DNA of 56,535 nt, the filler included, from Sphacelaria rigidula (Eukaryota), in NCBI GenBank assembly GCA_964200075.2. It is 5 parts of 5 records of this genome, joined end to end, with 100 filler letters (N's around TTAATTAATTAA, not from the genome) between each part and the next. Parts side by side here need not be neighbours in the genome. Positions count along the whole stretch, not along the records: positions 11,329 to 22,556 come from CAXNAA020005206.1; positions 22,657 to 33,883 come from CAXNAA020005207.1; 3 more parts are not named here. One strand, written 5' to 3'. The notes under the pieces were generated by a model. The model saw only the letters and a program-made list of their open reading frames with translations, did not search any database and was not told the origin of the DNA. The translations under genes were made by a program, and so were the position numbers. Below, one piece after another: positions 12,741 through 25,180 of this stretch. The number at the start of each line of letters is the position of its first letter. Position 1 is the stretch's first letter.

Positions 12741-14465
12741 GTGAGTTCAATCTGTATATGGTGTCTGCCTTTGTTGGTTCTTGCGTCTCGGATTTATTCG
12801 ATGCCTTGGGTTCTTTGGGTGGAGAGAAGCAAACGCAGAAGCGTGATGGGTGAAGACGGAAGTTAAATTGATTTCGCAGGGCAAAGGGTTGTCTGTGGTG
12901 GGTCATGTGTGATGAGGAAAAGCTAGTGTGCCGCTGTCGTTTCATGGAAGGGCCGTTCTCAACGATAAGATACAGGGTCGTAATTGTCATACTTTCGTCG
13001 AGTTTTTCCCATGCGCGTTTTTGCCACATTTTTCAGTGACAAATTGCAAAGTTGTGCAAGTCATGTGCCACGACAATGTCACTTTCCATCATCATAATTA
13101 TTTGACTAGGCACTGCTGGCTGCTTCGTGCAGTTGATCGCACGTACAGCCCCACTACTGCGCACACGAGTACAGCACGCACTGTACTGGAGATGTGTTTT
13201 TACTGTTTCGGGCGTGATGCTGTCATTGGTATTGAGGCTTAGGCTGTTGTCGCGACACTGCGCGATGAGCTGTGGAGTACTGAACGTGGGCCCAGACCGT
13301 GTACGAGTATCATGATGCTCTCGTTTTTTCATATATATTTTTTCGGTCGAAAGTGGAGAAGCAAGTGAAATCCCACCGTTAAGAATGGGCCAACGCTCGT
13401 GAAGCATTCAAGCATTCTGCGAACACTGAAGTGCGCTTCCCTTTCACTCGCAGTATCATCATGACCACCTAACTATGCATGGTTGGCCACAATTATCTGG
13501 GTAGTCGAGTGCAATGTCACCATGTGTGAGTTTGTTTTGAAGGAAAGGGGGGGGGGGGGACCCCGACACTTCTTCTGTTGCCGTGCAAGGTTTACAAGAT
13601 AAATGCTTACACGCACTCAACGCAGAAATATTTTGATCTCCGCTGCAGTCGTTCCACCTCGAGTGCTTTGTAGCTCGTGTTTGTGTGTGTGAAGTCTGTG
13701 GGGGCTAATGCTGAGATAACACGCAAATGGATTATGACTTGAGACCTACCGCGGCGAGGGGTTCACGTTACCGCCTTGCGGTCATTAGCGGTTCCCCGGC
13801 TTGCCGCTGCAGCCCGCAGGCCAGGCTACCATACTGTAGCATATATTTGTTCTTATTCCCGTTGCATGTTTCTTGTATATGCCATGTCCCAATATACTGG
13901 TGGTGCGCAACGGTGATGTGTTCAAAGATCCAGAAATACAAGGAACGGTAAAAACTGAATTATAGTGCAGATCGTTTGCAACGCAGACAACGTTCCTTTT
14001 TAGCCGTGTTTTTTCAACCATTGGGGAAGAGGGGGCACCTTGACCTGCCTATCCTCCACCTCCCTCCAGCGTTTTGTATTCCGAGAAAATTCCATGCGTC
14101 TATCACGGTATGTCACGCTTCTATTAACCCTGTGGGGACCGGATCCCCATAACACAAGATTGACCCTGTGTTGGTGGAATAATAAAAAAATAAGTCTTGG
14201 AGCGACCTGCCCAATCACAGCGAAGCGAAATTTATCGACCAGACCCGAACGTCCAGCGCGGGGATTGTTGTCGAGTGTGATACCACTGCAAAGATCGTGT
14301 TGGGGCCCTATCCCTGGTCCAGAGAAGCCTTCCCAGGTTTTCAAGTGCAGGGCGGTCGCAGCTTGGTTTTATGGTATTACTTGCTATCAGTATACCGTTC
14401 CCGAGTTTTTCCGGGGTGTTTTTTTGGTCCCAATTATGTACTGAAATGTAGTTATTTACGCTAAA

Positions 14466-15414
14466 CAGTGTTATTCCTTTTCAATAATATGGAGGCGGTA
14501 TTTTTGGAGACTAGACTCCCCTTACACAGTACACGAGGCACCTAATGATACTTACACTTGATGTATGTGTGGCTGAAGCTGCAGGTGGATGTTGACGCAT
14601 CAGTTTCGGCGACCCAAGGCCTTTTGTGCTCGGTGGCTTGAAAGGATTATGGACGATGCTGCAGTGATTCCGAAAACAAGAACACTTTCTGATGACAATT
14701 CTAGAGGGTAACCATATGAAATCCGCGGCGAGGCAGGAGTAGATCGTGCCATCCTCGTTGTTTACATCGGCCCCCTGTTGGTCGAGGCTGACACCAAGGC
14801 CGGAAGTAACCACTAGTTAAGGTTCTCCATATGCCAGAGGCAGATGCCCCCGAGCTTTATACGCCGTGCTGAGCAAGACGCGGCCGCACAACGCAGCCAA
14901 CGAGAGGAGTGTCTTCTGTCAAGGACCACTGCGGACCTGCTCGGGCAGGGAGCAACGTCTCCCCCCTCACAGTGCCAGACTTATCGTGGGCGTTACCACG
15001 ACGGTCTGAAAATGACATGGGCAGTTGCTGTAGCTTACTTCTATCAGAATCAATCAGATATTTTTCCGTGGTGTGCTTCCACGTGAAAAAATATTTACCT
15101 TTCTCTGGCAGGCGCGTGATCACCCTTATGCAGAGTTTTCACTTGGTTCCAGAATAGGACAGAGTGCGAGTTTCATTTTTTTTTTCACGAATGGATCGCG
15201 GGTATTCTATCCCATCCGGCTGCCAAACGCGCGAAAGCTGGTCTGTAGTGCCAGGTATGCGTGCTGATGTGGAAACCTCTCTTCCAAGGACGTCTGCCCC
15301 TCTAGTCTCACCATATTTTGGGCCTTAGAGTATGACCGTCTCCAGTTGACGCCGCGGATAATGAATTATAATTTCAGTACAATGCCTCCATAATATTGAA
15401 AAGGAACAACACTG
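14466..15414. mobile_element. Non-autonomous DNA transposon (MITE-like), 31-bp TIRs, copy 1
   Basis: Left cagtgttattccttttcaataatatggaggc and right gcctccataatattgaaaaggaacaacactg are inverted with 2 mismatches. Interior is homologous along its length to 50246-51420. Confidence 0.85.
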
Positions 15415-16218
15415 TAACACAGGGTGGGCCGAGAAAAAACGGGAAGCAGTGTACATGCTACAACGCGGTCATTTTCACGAGGCACAAAATCCAGGTGGGC
15501 TGTGGGAAGACAAGAGGAGCTACCATAATAAATTCTGTGTATCCCTCTGCGGATGACTTGCAGTGTGCAGTCAACATGTATGTTTTGGACGAGGATGACA
15601 AAGCTGTATATAGGCAGCTGATTTCGGCAGCTGAGAATTGCTCAGAGCGTGCAAGGGAGTATGCAGCCTCAGGTGCTGCTTCAGTTGGAGAGGCGTACTA
15701 CACTGTACTGCACTCTACTGTTGTATGCATACGCGCCGCAACACTCATACCGTTCGAAGAGAATCTGCCGCATACAACAAGGGGGGGAAATGGTGGCCCA
15801 CCCCAACCACAAATGGCTGTGTGGTAAGGTGATGGGAGACAAAAGTATCATCCAAAGCCACAAGTGGTGGGCGGCCCGCCGGTCGCCGCATCCTGTTGGA
15901 AGCTCTTCACCACGACCCAAACCGCTTGCTACGTCAGATGTATACCACCTAATGCTCACCCTGCACCTGAAAATAGATCGGATGAAACATTCGGTCTTCG
16001 TCATAACCCTGCGGTTACATACGCGGGTTTTCAGCAACACGCCACTGTTTCGTGCAGACGCCAGACACGTCATTCCCAACCAGTCTAATTGGTCGTTCTG
16101 GAGGCCCGATCTCAAAAGAGTTAACAGCCAGCCGATTTCGGATTTTAACCGGTGGTACGTTGAAACGTGTTACGATAGCGTACACCGCCGTTCTCCAAGC
16201 GAACAAATGGCTCAATAA

Positions 16219-16503
<285 letters not shown>

Positions 16504-17090
16504 TAGGTGGTCTAAGTGGTGCACCAATAGCCAGCTTGGACGGGGGTTTTGAGCGCAATCTGTTTTCCGTCGCTGAAGATATGTGAGGGTTTCAGTAGCG
16601 CAGAAAAAATGACGAGAGCAGCGACGGGGTAGGGGGGTGTTGATCGCATTGACACTCATCCTTCAACAACCCAGGCGTGATATGAAGATGGCCACACAGT
16701 TGTGAATGAACGGGGAGGGGGGGAGGGGGGTTTTCTCGTTGCTTGCCCTCGTCGTTCGACCATTGACCACGCATCCCTTGCGAGACGGAGCACAGGGAGG
16801 GGCAGGGGGGAGATAGCTGAAGGAGTATACACCTGATCCCCAATTTTACGTCGAGGATTGTTTTTCTCGGTGATAATGCTCGCGAATGACCCCCCCCCCC
16901 CCCTCCCGCTTCCCCCCACGTGTGTTCTCCCCCCTGACAAATCGCTTGTGCATCCACTCGTCGGGTATTTGGTCAATACTGGGTAATGACCTTCGGTTGT
17001 CGACACATGGGACGTGCCGGTATGGTTGATGTACATGTGTGCCTGTGCTCACGAACACTGCGGGCACGCGGGCATACTTGTTTTGTGTAG

Positions 17091-17241
17091 ATGCTGAAGC
17101 GGATGATGGACATGAAAGGGGCTTTGCCTCAGCGAATGATCAAGACGCACATCAGGGCGTTCGAGACAATGGGCACCGGCATCCGACCGCACTTCACGGA
17201 GAGGGGGGAGTTCATGCAGCAAGAACCCGATCCCGTGTCAG
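17091..17241 (+). CDS. PRPF4B: PRP4 kinase exon
   Basis: tag|ATG...TCAG|gtgtgt. Encodes MLKRMMDMKGALPQRMIKTHIRAFETMGTGIRPHFTERGEFMQQEPDPVS. Phase 0 in, phase 1 out. Confidence 0.88.
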
Positions 17242-17867
17242 GTGTGTGGCCGTTTGTTCTTCACGTGACGAACTGTGTGTGCGTGTTTTGTGTCTAACCT
17301 CGTATGCTATGTGTTAATATGCCGAGGGAGGGAAGTGTCATGCCAATGAAATGTGTACAGGGCGCTTCATTTGGGTATTCTTCGTTTGTTGGCTGGTATG
17401 CATCATGAAGTTCCTGTTGAGTCCTAGTAGTGCTCTGCTCCCAGTATTGTCGGATAATGCCAGAGTTATACACGTTTCTCCTTGATTGGCTGCATTTATG
17501 GGGTGGGGATGCTTTTTGGTGTGTTGAGAGTTCGTTTTTTGTTGTTGGTTTTGCGTTCGGGAGAAGCGAAGGTGCCGTCTGGCGGGGGTAGCATATCGGC
17601 AGAAAACTCAAAAGTGAAAACATGAAGCAGATGGCGAAAGTTGTGTGTTGTTCCGTTGTGCCGTTAGCCTCCCACGAAGCAGGAATAGACGAACCACCTG
17701 TTTTGTTTGAAAGCATCAGTTCGTTTCTGGATAACGGCGAATGTCAATACAACATAAACCAGCACATAGCGACGCGTGTAGCAAGAGCGTATCGCCCATT
17801 TTTCCCATGTGTTTTATTTCGTCCCTTCGTGGTTGCCTCGCCGCGGTGGTGGTACAATTGACATTTT

Positions 17868-18341
17868 TAGGTCATTGCTCATGTGTAGAAAATATTTTTT
17901 TTGTCGTAAAGTACCTTTTTGGCCCTTCTCCGTTGTTTTACGCCCGAAAAGAGGGCTGGGCGGATGATGACACCTTGGAATGACTTGCTCTACTCATTGA
18001 CACCTTTCCAGGCCAAGTTTGCGTTTTCCGGTCGCCGTTTTTTTTTTTGTTGCCAAACTTGCATTTTCGGTAACACAGGGTCAAGTTATTAAAAAAATAA
18101 GTCAGTTTTCCTCCTGATTTTATAAGTTGGCCCTTTGTTATTGAACATGCAAGTTTGACTAAGAACAAAACTACGGCCACCGGAACACGTACAGTTGCCC
18201 TGGAAAGGTCTCGACGAGTAGAGCAAGCTATTCCAAAGGTTCTAATATCCGCCTATGACTCTTTTCGGGCGTAAAACGACGGACAAGGGCGAAAAAGGCA
18301 ATTTTCAAAAAGTTTTTTTCTCGACACGTGAGAAAGACCTA
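17868..18341. repeat. Intronic foldback (long imperfect palindrome), MITE-like
   Basis: Arms pair throughout, e.g. ttttacgcccgaaaagag / ctcttttcgggcgtaaaa, cttgctctactc / gagtagagcaag, aaacttgcat / atgcaagttt. Termini taggtc...gaccta. Confidence 0.85.
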
Positions 18342-18719
18342 CCTTGGAGTAGAAAGAAGCGGGTTCGATTCCGCCAGATTGATGAAAGCAATCGTTTGGC
18401 CTTAGGCTTTTTGGTCAAAGTACAGTACAGTCTGTAGTATATCATATCCGTTGTTGAAATCGTAATGACGTACGTGGGGACGTACGTGAGTAGCAAAAAT
18501 ACTCCGTCTGGCTGATTTTTTTCGACGAGAGTCAATACAGTGCGGGGGTGCTGGTCATGATCCAATCCGCGACACCAAAATGTAAGACGTGAGACATGAT
18601 ACCACGGATTCGTCTCGAGGAAGACAAACTGTCATGATCCATGGTTGTTGTTGTCACAAGATGCGTATATATATATACTGAGGAATAGTCATGGCGTTGG
18701 CAGTTGCGGGGGTAGATGA

Positions 18720-18895
18720 ATCCGAAACCACAACGTTCGTTCTGTTCGATCCCTCTTCTTTTTTTTTCATTAGATCGTGTTTCAGTTTCGTTTTTGTTGT
18801 GTACGTCTATCATGTCACTATCATGTCACTATCATGACACCACGGCTGGACCCCGGGGGGGTCAGTTAAAGTGCGACAATCAATCAATCAATCAA
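18720..18895 (+). mobile_element. 3' end of non-LTR repeat with (CAAT)n tail
   Basis: gtgtttcagtttcgtttttgttg...ccacggctgga...ggggtcag..aaagtgcga(caat)n, near-identical to 42057-42161. Confidence 0.75.
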
Positions 18896-19703
18896 CCAGG
18901 CGTCTTTCAAGCCAGGTTTTGTGTAGTATGACCCATACCACTGCATGGTACCGAGTAGCAGCACAGCAGCACCCTCTCTCAAAGGTTGTTTGCGCACCAT
19001 GACTGATGGGTGCAGCCGACTGATCACCACACCTAACCCTACGGCTGGCTGCACTGCACGGGTAGTAGGTAACAACTCTGTGCTGATCATAGCAGCCGCA
19101 GCAGCTTTATTTAGTTGTAGCACGAGATCTATCACCCGACCTCTCATGAATTTCACTTGTTACTTCTGGCGCAGCACCCCAATGTGGTGCGTGCATGTGC
19201 GCATGTTGTTCGCTGGGGGCCACATTCATTTCGTCCTAGAATTTGCCAACAGGAAAATCACGTGCGGGGGTTGTGTGACCGCAGGGACTGTCGGAGGAAA
19301 ATGTACAGTATCCAACGCTTTTTCACTATAGATGAATGCATATTGCCTGTTGTGTTTTGTGTGTCGTACGACACTATCTGGACGAAGAAGTACGAACGAA
19401 GAAAAATGCGCTCGCGTCAAGTTGATCTGTGAACGAGATTATTCATGGCTGGTGGGTTGAGGAAAAGTTGAAGCATGCTCATGTACGGCTGAGATATCAC
19501 GTTCTTATGGTGGAGGGTTTTGTTTCCGCTTGTCACTTTTTCTGTTGTGATGAAGAATAGTCCGAGTTTCTATGGATGATAGTACAGTGGGGTCCCAGGA
19601 ATGAGCGCATAACCTAAACGTAACACACGCAGTTCGAAGTGATGGCAATCAGCATTCGTTATTTCTTATTCTTTGTTCACGCCCTTGTCACCGTTTCGTC
19701 CAG

Positions 19704-19903
19704 GAGAGCCCAAGGTTCGATTGGTGACGGTAACGGGGCCGGCCAAACCCATCAAGTCGGATATCATGCGGAGCAAAGGCGCACAAGACAGCAAGGAGAC
19801 TGTGGGCAACTTGGCTGACTTTCTTGACAAGTGCATGTCCCTAGACCCGCGCCAAAGGATGTCGCTTGAGCAGTGCAGTGCTCACAGCTTCCTTCGTCGC
19901 TAG
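19704..19903 (+). CDS. PRPF4B: PRP4 kinase terminal exon
   Basis: cag|GA GAG..., encodes EPKVRLVTVTGPAKPIKSDIMRSKGAQDSKETVGNLADFLDKCMSLDPRQRMSLEQCSAHSFLRR* (kinase subdomain XI). Stop TAG at 19901-19903. Confidence 0.9.
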
Positions 19904-20399
19904 AACAAGGACAGCATCTGTTTGTGCGTTCCAACGCTCGTCGAGTTGTTTCCACTTCCCCCCCGCTATCCCCACGGTACTTGCGTTTGAGTATCGATTG
20001 CATTTTTCCCGGGTATTCATGGGTGCTCGTGTCGAATCAGGTTCTCGGTTGCGGCATCTCTTTGTGTGGAATTTCTGAGTCAGCGCTCTGTTCCTGTGGC
20101 GCCTTGAGAAAATGCCAGACTCGTTTCATTGGTCACAGGCCGTCGAGATCATATACGTGAGCCATGTTCTCCGATCATCCCGCAAGCGATAGTACTACGA
20201 CGGTGTCATTGTCAACCGCTTTCCCCATCGGACCATCATTTGCGCCCTGATTATCTTCCGACTACTGGTGTACCTACCGAACCGTTATCCTGTAATGCGG
20301 GGGGAAGGGACGGAGCGTTGTCAAGTGTTCGTGATATGCTTGATGGGGTACGCTCCATCATTGCAGAGGGAGGTCCAGTAGCGCGACCTATGAGGTAAT

Positions 20400-21360
20400 G
20401 TCGAATGAGATGCTTATGTTGAAAAGGTGATCGTTTGAGAACCTGTAGTGAACAAGGATGGGACTCTACGGGTGAAATTGAATGTCGACCAAACGAAAGA
20501 ATAAGCGAGGAAGTGGGGAGGAAGCGGAAGGTCCTCTCCACCGTGCGAACTGATTGCATATCTTTAACAGAGCTGCAGACGTGTCGAAGAAGAATCATGC
20601 TGAAGATCCGGGAAAGGCTCGAGGGTATCCAGTGTTGTGTGGAAGTTTTTTTTAGAAATACAAGTAGGTCGATTAAATTGTTGCGATTGGCGCAAACTGG
20701 GGGAGCTGTTGTGACGAGAAAAGGTTGACGAAAGCGTTTTCTGTGGTCGAGGCAAGTTTTGGAATGAGCTCTCTGGTGGGTAGGGAGCCCGTGTCGAAGA
20801 TGATCGTTGAAGATTTTAGAGCAGCGCAATGGAGAGGAGAAAAAACAGATGCTATGGCTCTTGGGCTATGTTATTGCTGTGTTTCAGTCAGAGCCAGGCA
20901 GTGCTGAGTGGAACTGCCGTGTGAATCGCCTGAAGATACTAAATATTGCGTTTTGTTGGGACAGGGCATGCGGGTATTGTGCACACCGCCCCGCCGTTTT
21001 TGTTGTTATGGTGGGGAAGTGCACGCTTGACTTGAGTTCCGATACAACTGGCGAGAAGATGAAGTGGCCCAGAAGATGATGTTAATGCATCACGTGGAGA
21101 ATAACGAGGCATTATTGGTCAGAGTCGATTGTTTTTTTTGTCGGGAGTGCGGCTTGTTTTGAGATGGTGAAGTGGCGACACTTCGCGCCGGTGTGACGAT
21201 CGGACAATGTGGGAAAAGTAAATATGTCGAGGTGAGGAACGGACGGAATGGTTCAGCATGAAACAATTTCTTGAAGGCGAGAACGAACACAATTGTCAAC
21301 AAGGTTTCGGGCGCTCGTTCGAGAAACCAGTCGAATGAAGGTGTGTGTATGTTCTTCCTG
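20400..21360 (-). mobile_element. Decayed Penelope-like element fragment (RT C-terminus and linker)
   Basis: Frameshifted minus-strand remnants in the expected order: TIPSVPHLDIF (cf. SVPFLDI), VATS...NKP (cf. ISTSVHYKPT), PPVCANRNNLIDLLV (cf. PPxxxxRRxxNLxDLLV), then a partial Cys motif. Boundaries approximate. Confidence 0.55.
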
Positions 21361-21368
21361 GTCATGAT

Positions 21369-21426
21369 GCTCAGTCTTTGCCGTTGACCCCCCTGATTTC
21401 GCGTCATCAGAAGCAAAGATTGAAAC
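21369..21426 (-). ncRNA. Type I hammerhead-ribozyme-like motif with vestigial helix II
   Basis: Minus strand reads gtttcaatctttgctt-CTGATGA-cgc-GAAA-tcagggggG-TC-aacggcaaagactgagc. Flanks form a ~12-bp helix I, and the GUC triplet is correctly placed. Adjacent to the PLE remnant. Confidence 0.5.
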
Positions 21427-22556
21427 AGCAAGAAGTGCGGGGCTCACGCACTTGGCTGTACAGGTATATTTGTCCGCCCTCACCATTGCACCGTTGCGCC
21501 AACAAATAATTCGCCCATCTCCGAGACGCGGAAAAATATGAGAGAGGCGCCGCCGCCTCTGTGCCCCGAAAGTCGTCATTTTAGGGTGTGAATTGTAGGT
21601 TCAGTACGCGCCCTCTGGAACCAGTATCTCTTGCGCGATGACCCCCGTGCAGGTCGCATTTCCTGGGCCCCAACCACTCACCGGTCACATCAAAATCATG
21701 CGAAGGTGCTAAGGTACTTCGCACGTATTCAAGGCGTCTCAAAAATAGTCGTTCTACACCCTGCTTGTGTTGGGCGGTACGGCTGTACCCGATGCAGCAA
21801 TCATGTACTCTGGGAACAGCCGATCATCGAAATTGAAGATGGAGCTTTTCATTGAGGGTGATATCCCGGAAAATTGAAATCTTCACACCCACACCAGTTC
21901 TTCGAGATATTGTTCTATTCCTTCATCTGAAGCACCCCGATGTTTTTTGGGGGGCTGTGCGCAGCAACATGATAACATGCGTACCGGCACATGGAAAATT
22001 GGGTAGTACATGCTGCTAACATGGATGATGCCAGTCTCTCGAGCGATCGGTAATCGCCGAGCGGACACACAAAGGACACGGGCGAGGAGCTTCCTCTCTG
22101 TTGTTGCTCCTCACTCTGGTGAAATCGTCATCGATACGCGTGTACACCGCATTCGTTCGGTGCACCTAGTCACAACTGATTCACTGGCGCAGAGTTTTGG
22201 GGGGAAATATGGTTTCGCTCGGTGTAACTGTTTCGTGTCATCGCTGCCAAAAATATATGTAACTTGAACCTCATTTTTGAGATCGACCCCATTTTCCAGG
22301 ATCGACTTTTATTTAACCAAAAGGTGGAGACCGGCGTCCAGAATAATAGATGGGACGACAACGCACACAACTCACTGTGCGCAGTGCGCAGTAGACTTGT
22401 AGAAATCTTTGTCCACGGTTGGGTTTTTTTCCGCATATGATGCAGGGTCTGGTACATTTCCACATGTAGATTTCTTTTTTTTTCCTTGATGGAAGGAGGA
22501 AACCTAACCCAACACTCACCTCGCTGGTGACCGAAACGATCGCGAGCGAGTTCGTG

Positions 22557-22656
22557 NNNNNNNNNNNNNNNNNNNNNNNNNNNNNNNNNNNNNNNNNNNN
22601 TTAATTAATTAANNNNNNNNNNNNNNNNNNNNNNNNNNNNNNNNNNNNNNNNNNNN
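22557..22656. other. Artificial linker 2
   Basis: N44-TTAATTAATTAA-N44. Confidence 0.98.
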
Positions 22657-24306
22657 ACCCCATCGGGGGTCCGCCCCTACAAAGCCGGGACGGAGCACGC
22701 CGGGTTCTCGCCGGACCAGGCTGTGGCCTCCTGTGGAGGAGGGACCGACTATGGCCTCTATTGCATTTGTTGCGACTCCAGTGGACATAGCCGTGCAGTA
22801 TCCTCCAGCGTGTACATTTACATTTGTGCAGTTGCGTCCTAACTGCTTCCAGGGCATCTTTGGAACCCCAGCAATCTTGTGGTATGGACCATCACGCCAG
22901 ATATATATATATATATATATCACCCGCCATGCACAGATTGAATTGCCAATCCGACAACACTTATTCCCAGCTATGATACCATCACAATAACCTTGCAGCA
23001 AAGAGCACGAGTTGGGCACAAGGATATAGATACATACTGCCGTAGTTTGGTATAATGTATGTCTTGTTGGTGGAAGCTTCAACCCGAGCATCTTCTTCCA
23101 TGGTCGCAGAGTCGCGCGGTGCCGGAAACATGCGGGGCAGGGTGCGGGCAATAACCGACGGCTTATTACATACACACCCATGGACAGTGCAGGCAGACCA
23201 AGCTGCACACACTGTTCAAGTTCTTTTCACGTCGCCCTGTGAGCAGAAAACATGCATGTAGTCCTGCGCTGTCTGTACTGTACTTTACCCGCTTCCCTTT
23301 CACGTCCTACTGACTTCCGTGGTGAGCATGCTGCAAAAACGGGCGTCGTGATGTATACTCAGTAGCTGATGTTATATAAAACCCCCAATCACCTGGAGTC
23401 ACAGGCATCCACTTTGTTTAGCCATACATGGCGCATATGCCGCGCTAACTCTGCAGTATATTGCACCGCACGTATATAAGCACGGTATGGTACTGTCCTG
23501 CACGGTATTGTACGGTTCAGTACAGCACCAAACCGTGCTTATGGTTGTGATGGTCATATCGTCATCAACGTACAAAATGAACCGCGATCATAATTTTTGG
23601 CGTCTTCAATCGAAAAATGCTTTGGTATTGATATGGTAGACTCGGGACTACGGGGTTTCAGAACCTTGTTGTATGCATCTCAGAGGTTCATGCAGTCTTT
23701 AAACCAAATCACCACCAGCCAAACCTGTACAGCGCGGTCATGTAAACATACACTCGCAATCAGTGTACGGGATTTGTAACCAGCCGAGGCTGTCGGAGAA
23801 TTCGATCCCAATTGATATATGAATTGGGGGGAAAGATGATAAGTTTTCAACAATTTCTGCTGTCTCTCAATTCTCACCCGCTGATATGGCGCAGCATGTG
23901 GGACTTGAACAGCAGCAGCTGCTTGCAAATACGTTTTTTTACCACATTTCAGGTATTGGCGAGAGAAATGAAGATTTATTTCGAACAGCTTCTGGTGTAC
24001 AAATCCTATCTGCGAGTGTATATGGGATTTGTACAGCCTCTGCTGTTCGAAATAAATCCTTTTTGCCCGATTACAAGTTTGGAGTTAGGATTTATTTCAA
24101 ACATCAGATGCTGTACAAATTTCAGAGTTCCATAGCACTTGTGCCTTCAAAAACAATCCAGGGGATTTTAATATTGACCCAGACCTTCGAGGACCCCAAC
24201 CTTGAAATATGATGGTAAGCTACTGAAGTTCTGAATTAAACTAGTACAGGAGTACTACAATTGATCTAGAAACGACCGACGGGTATGGAAAGATTCTAGT
24301 CGAATG

Positions 24307-25180
24307 TGTGTTGTGGTAAAGCAGGATTTGGATTGTTTTTTTATTGTTGACGCAGCTGGTTGAAGGTAGATAGATTGCACCCGATTAGCCGCGTGTACCT
24401 GCTGCTACTACAGCGTTGTTTGGCTAAAGGCACAGCGCGTCACGGTGGTTTTGTATTATGACAAGGTTGTAAGCGGGGCAGGAGGACGTACTGACATAAT
24501 AGCTTTCCCCAGCTGTTGTACCTCGCCTACCGAAGTCACTCGAACACACCGACCGCAGGCTACAAGCACCTATTGGATAAAGAGGAGCTTTTCCCCATCA
24601 CCTACCATCTTCGGTCTCTCCGCCTCCACGGCCGCGAGCCACAGCATTGACGTGAGTCTAAGCTGTGCTGTACTTCTACCCTGATCCACAATTAATCCTT
24701 GTTTTCTGGCTTTGGGACTGTGTGGTTTTCCCCTTTGACAGCCGGGCTATTGGATTGAGAGATTGAAACAACAGTTTGAGTGTAGCAAGTCGAACCAGGA
24801 TCGCTTGCTGACACCTCTCAAGAGTGTGGCTTGCTTGCGTTCGGCGTATACGGTTCTACTGCTTGCGGTATTTGCCTGTACCGCGGCATTGTGGGGCTTC
24901 AGAGATAGCTTGTTTCATTCAAGCTGTACGGTTTTCTTTCTCGGTCGGCCGCTGTCTACTGTTAACACACAGCCAAACACCAGCTCACGGTTTTCTCTCG
25001 AAAACCTTGTATTTTCGGCCCTTGTTTTCACTCGATATTTGTGTACACGATTTAGCGGTGCAATACACCAAGGTAATTAGACAGCTTCTTTGACAGCTGT
25101 TCTCTCTTTTACTCGGAGTTTGACAGACATCCCGACTCGAGTTTGCTGCAGGTCTGCCATGTGTCATACAGTCCCCACGT
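24307..25180 (+). repeat. Candidate 5' LTR of the downstream Gypsy element
   Basis: Starts TG (tgtgttgtgg), ends ...gtccccacg just before ttggtttcagg (PBS-like TGG). The partner LTR is not in the block, so this is unverified. Confidence 0.25.

Noticed and set aside
14688..14735. CTGATGA...GAAA hammerhead-like core inside the TIR element (also at ~50536)
   Set aside because: No helix II pairing and no correctly placed UH cleavage site.
15396..16218. ORFs of 143-189 aa inside the PRP4 kinase intron
   Set aside because: No domain motifs; they overlap a transposon end, and the flanking exons join in frame without them.
16705..16920. G-rich and C-rich runs (possible G-quadruplex or hairpin)
   Set aside because: Homopolymer G/C runs occur throughout the window, so there is no specific signal.
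20601..20625. CTGAAGA-tccgg-GAAA-ggc-TC minimal hammerhead-like string on the + strand
   Set aside because: The flanks cannot form helix I.
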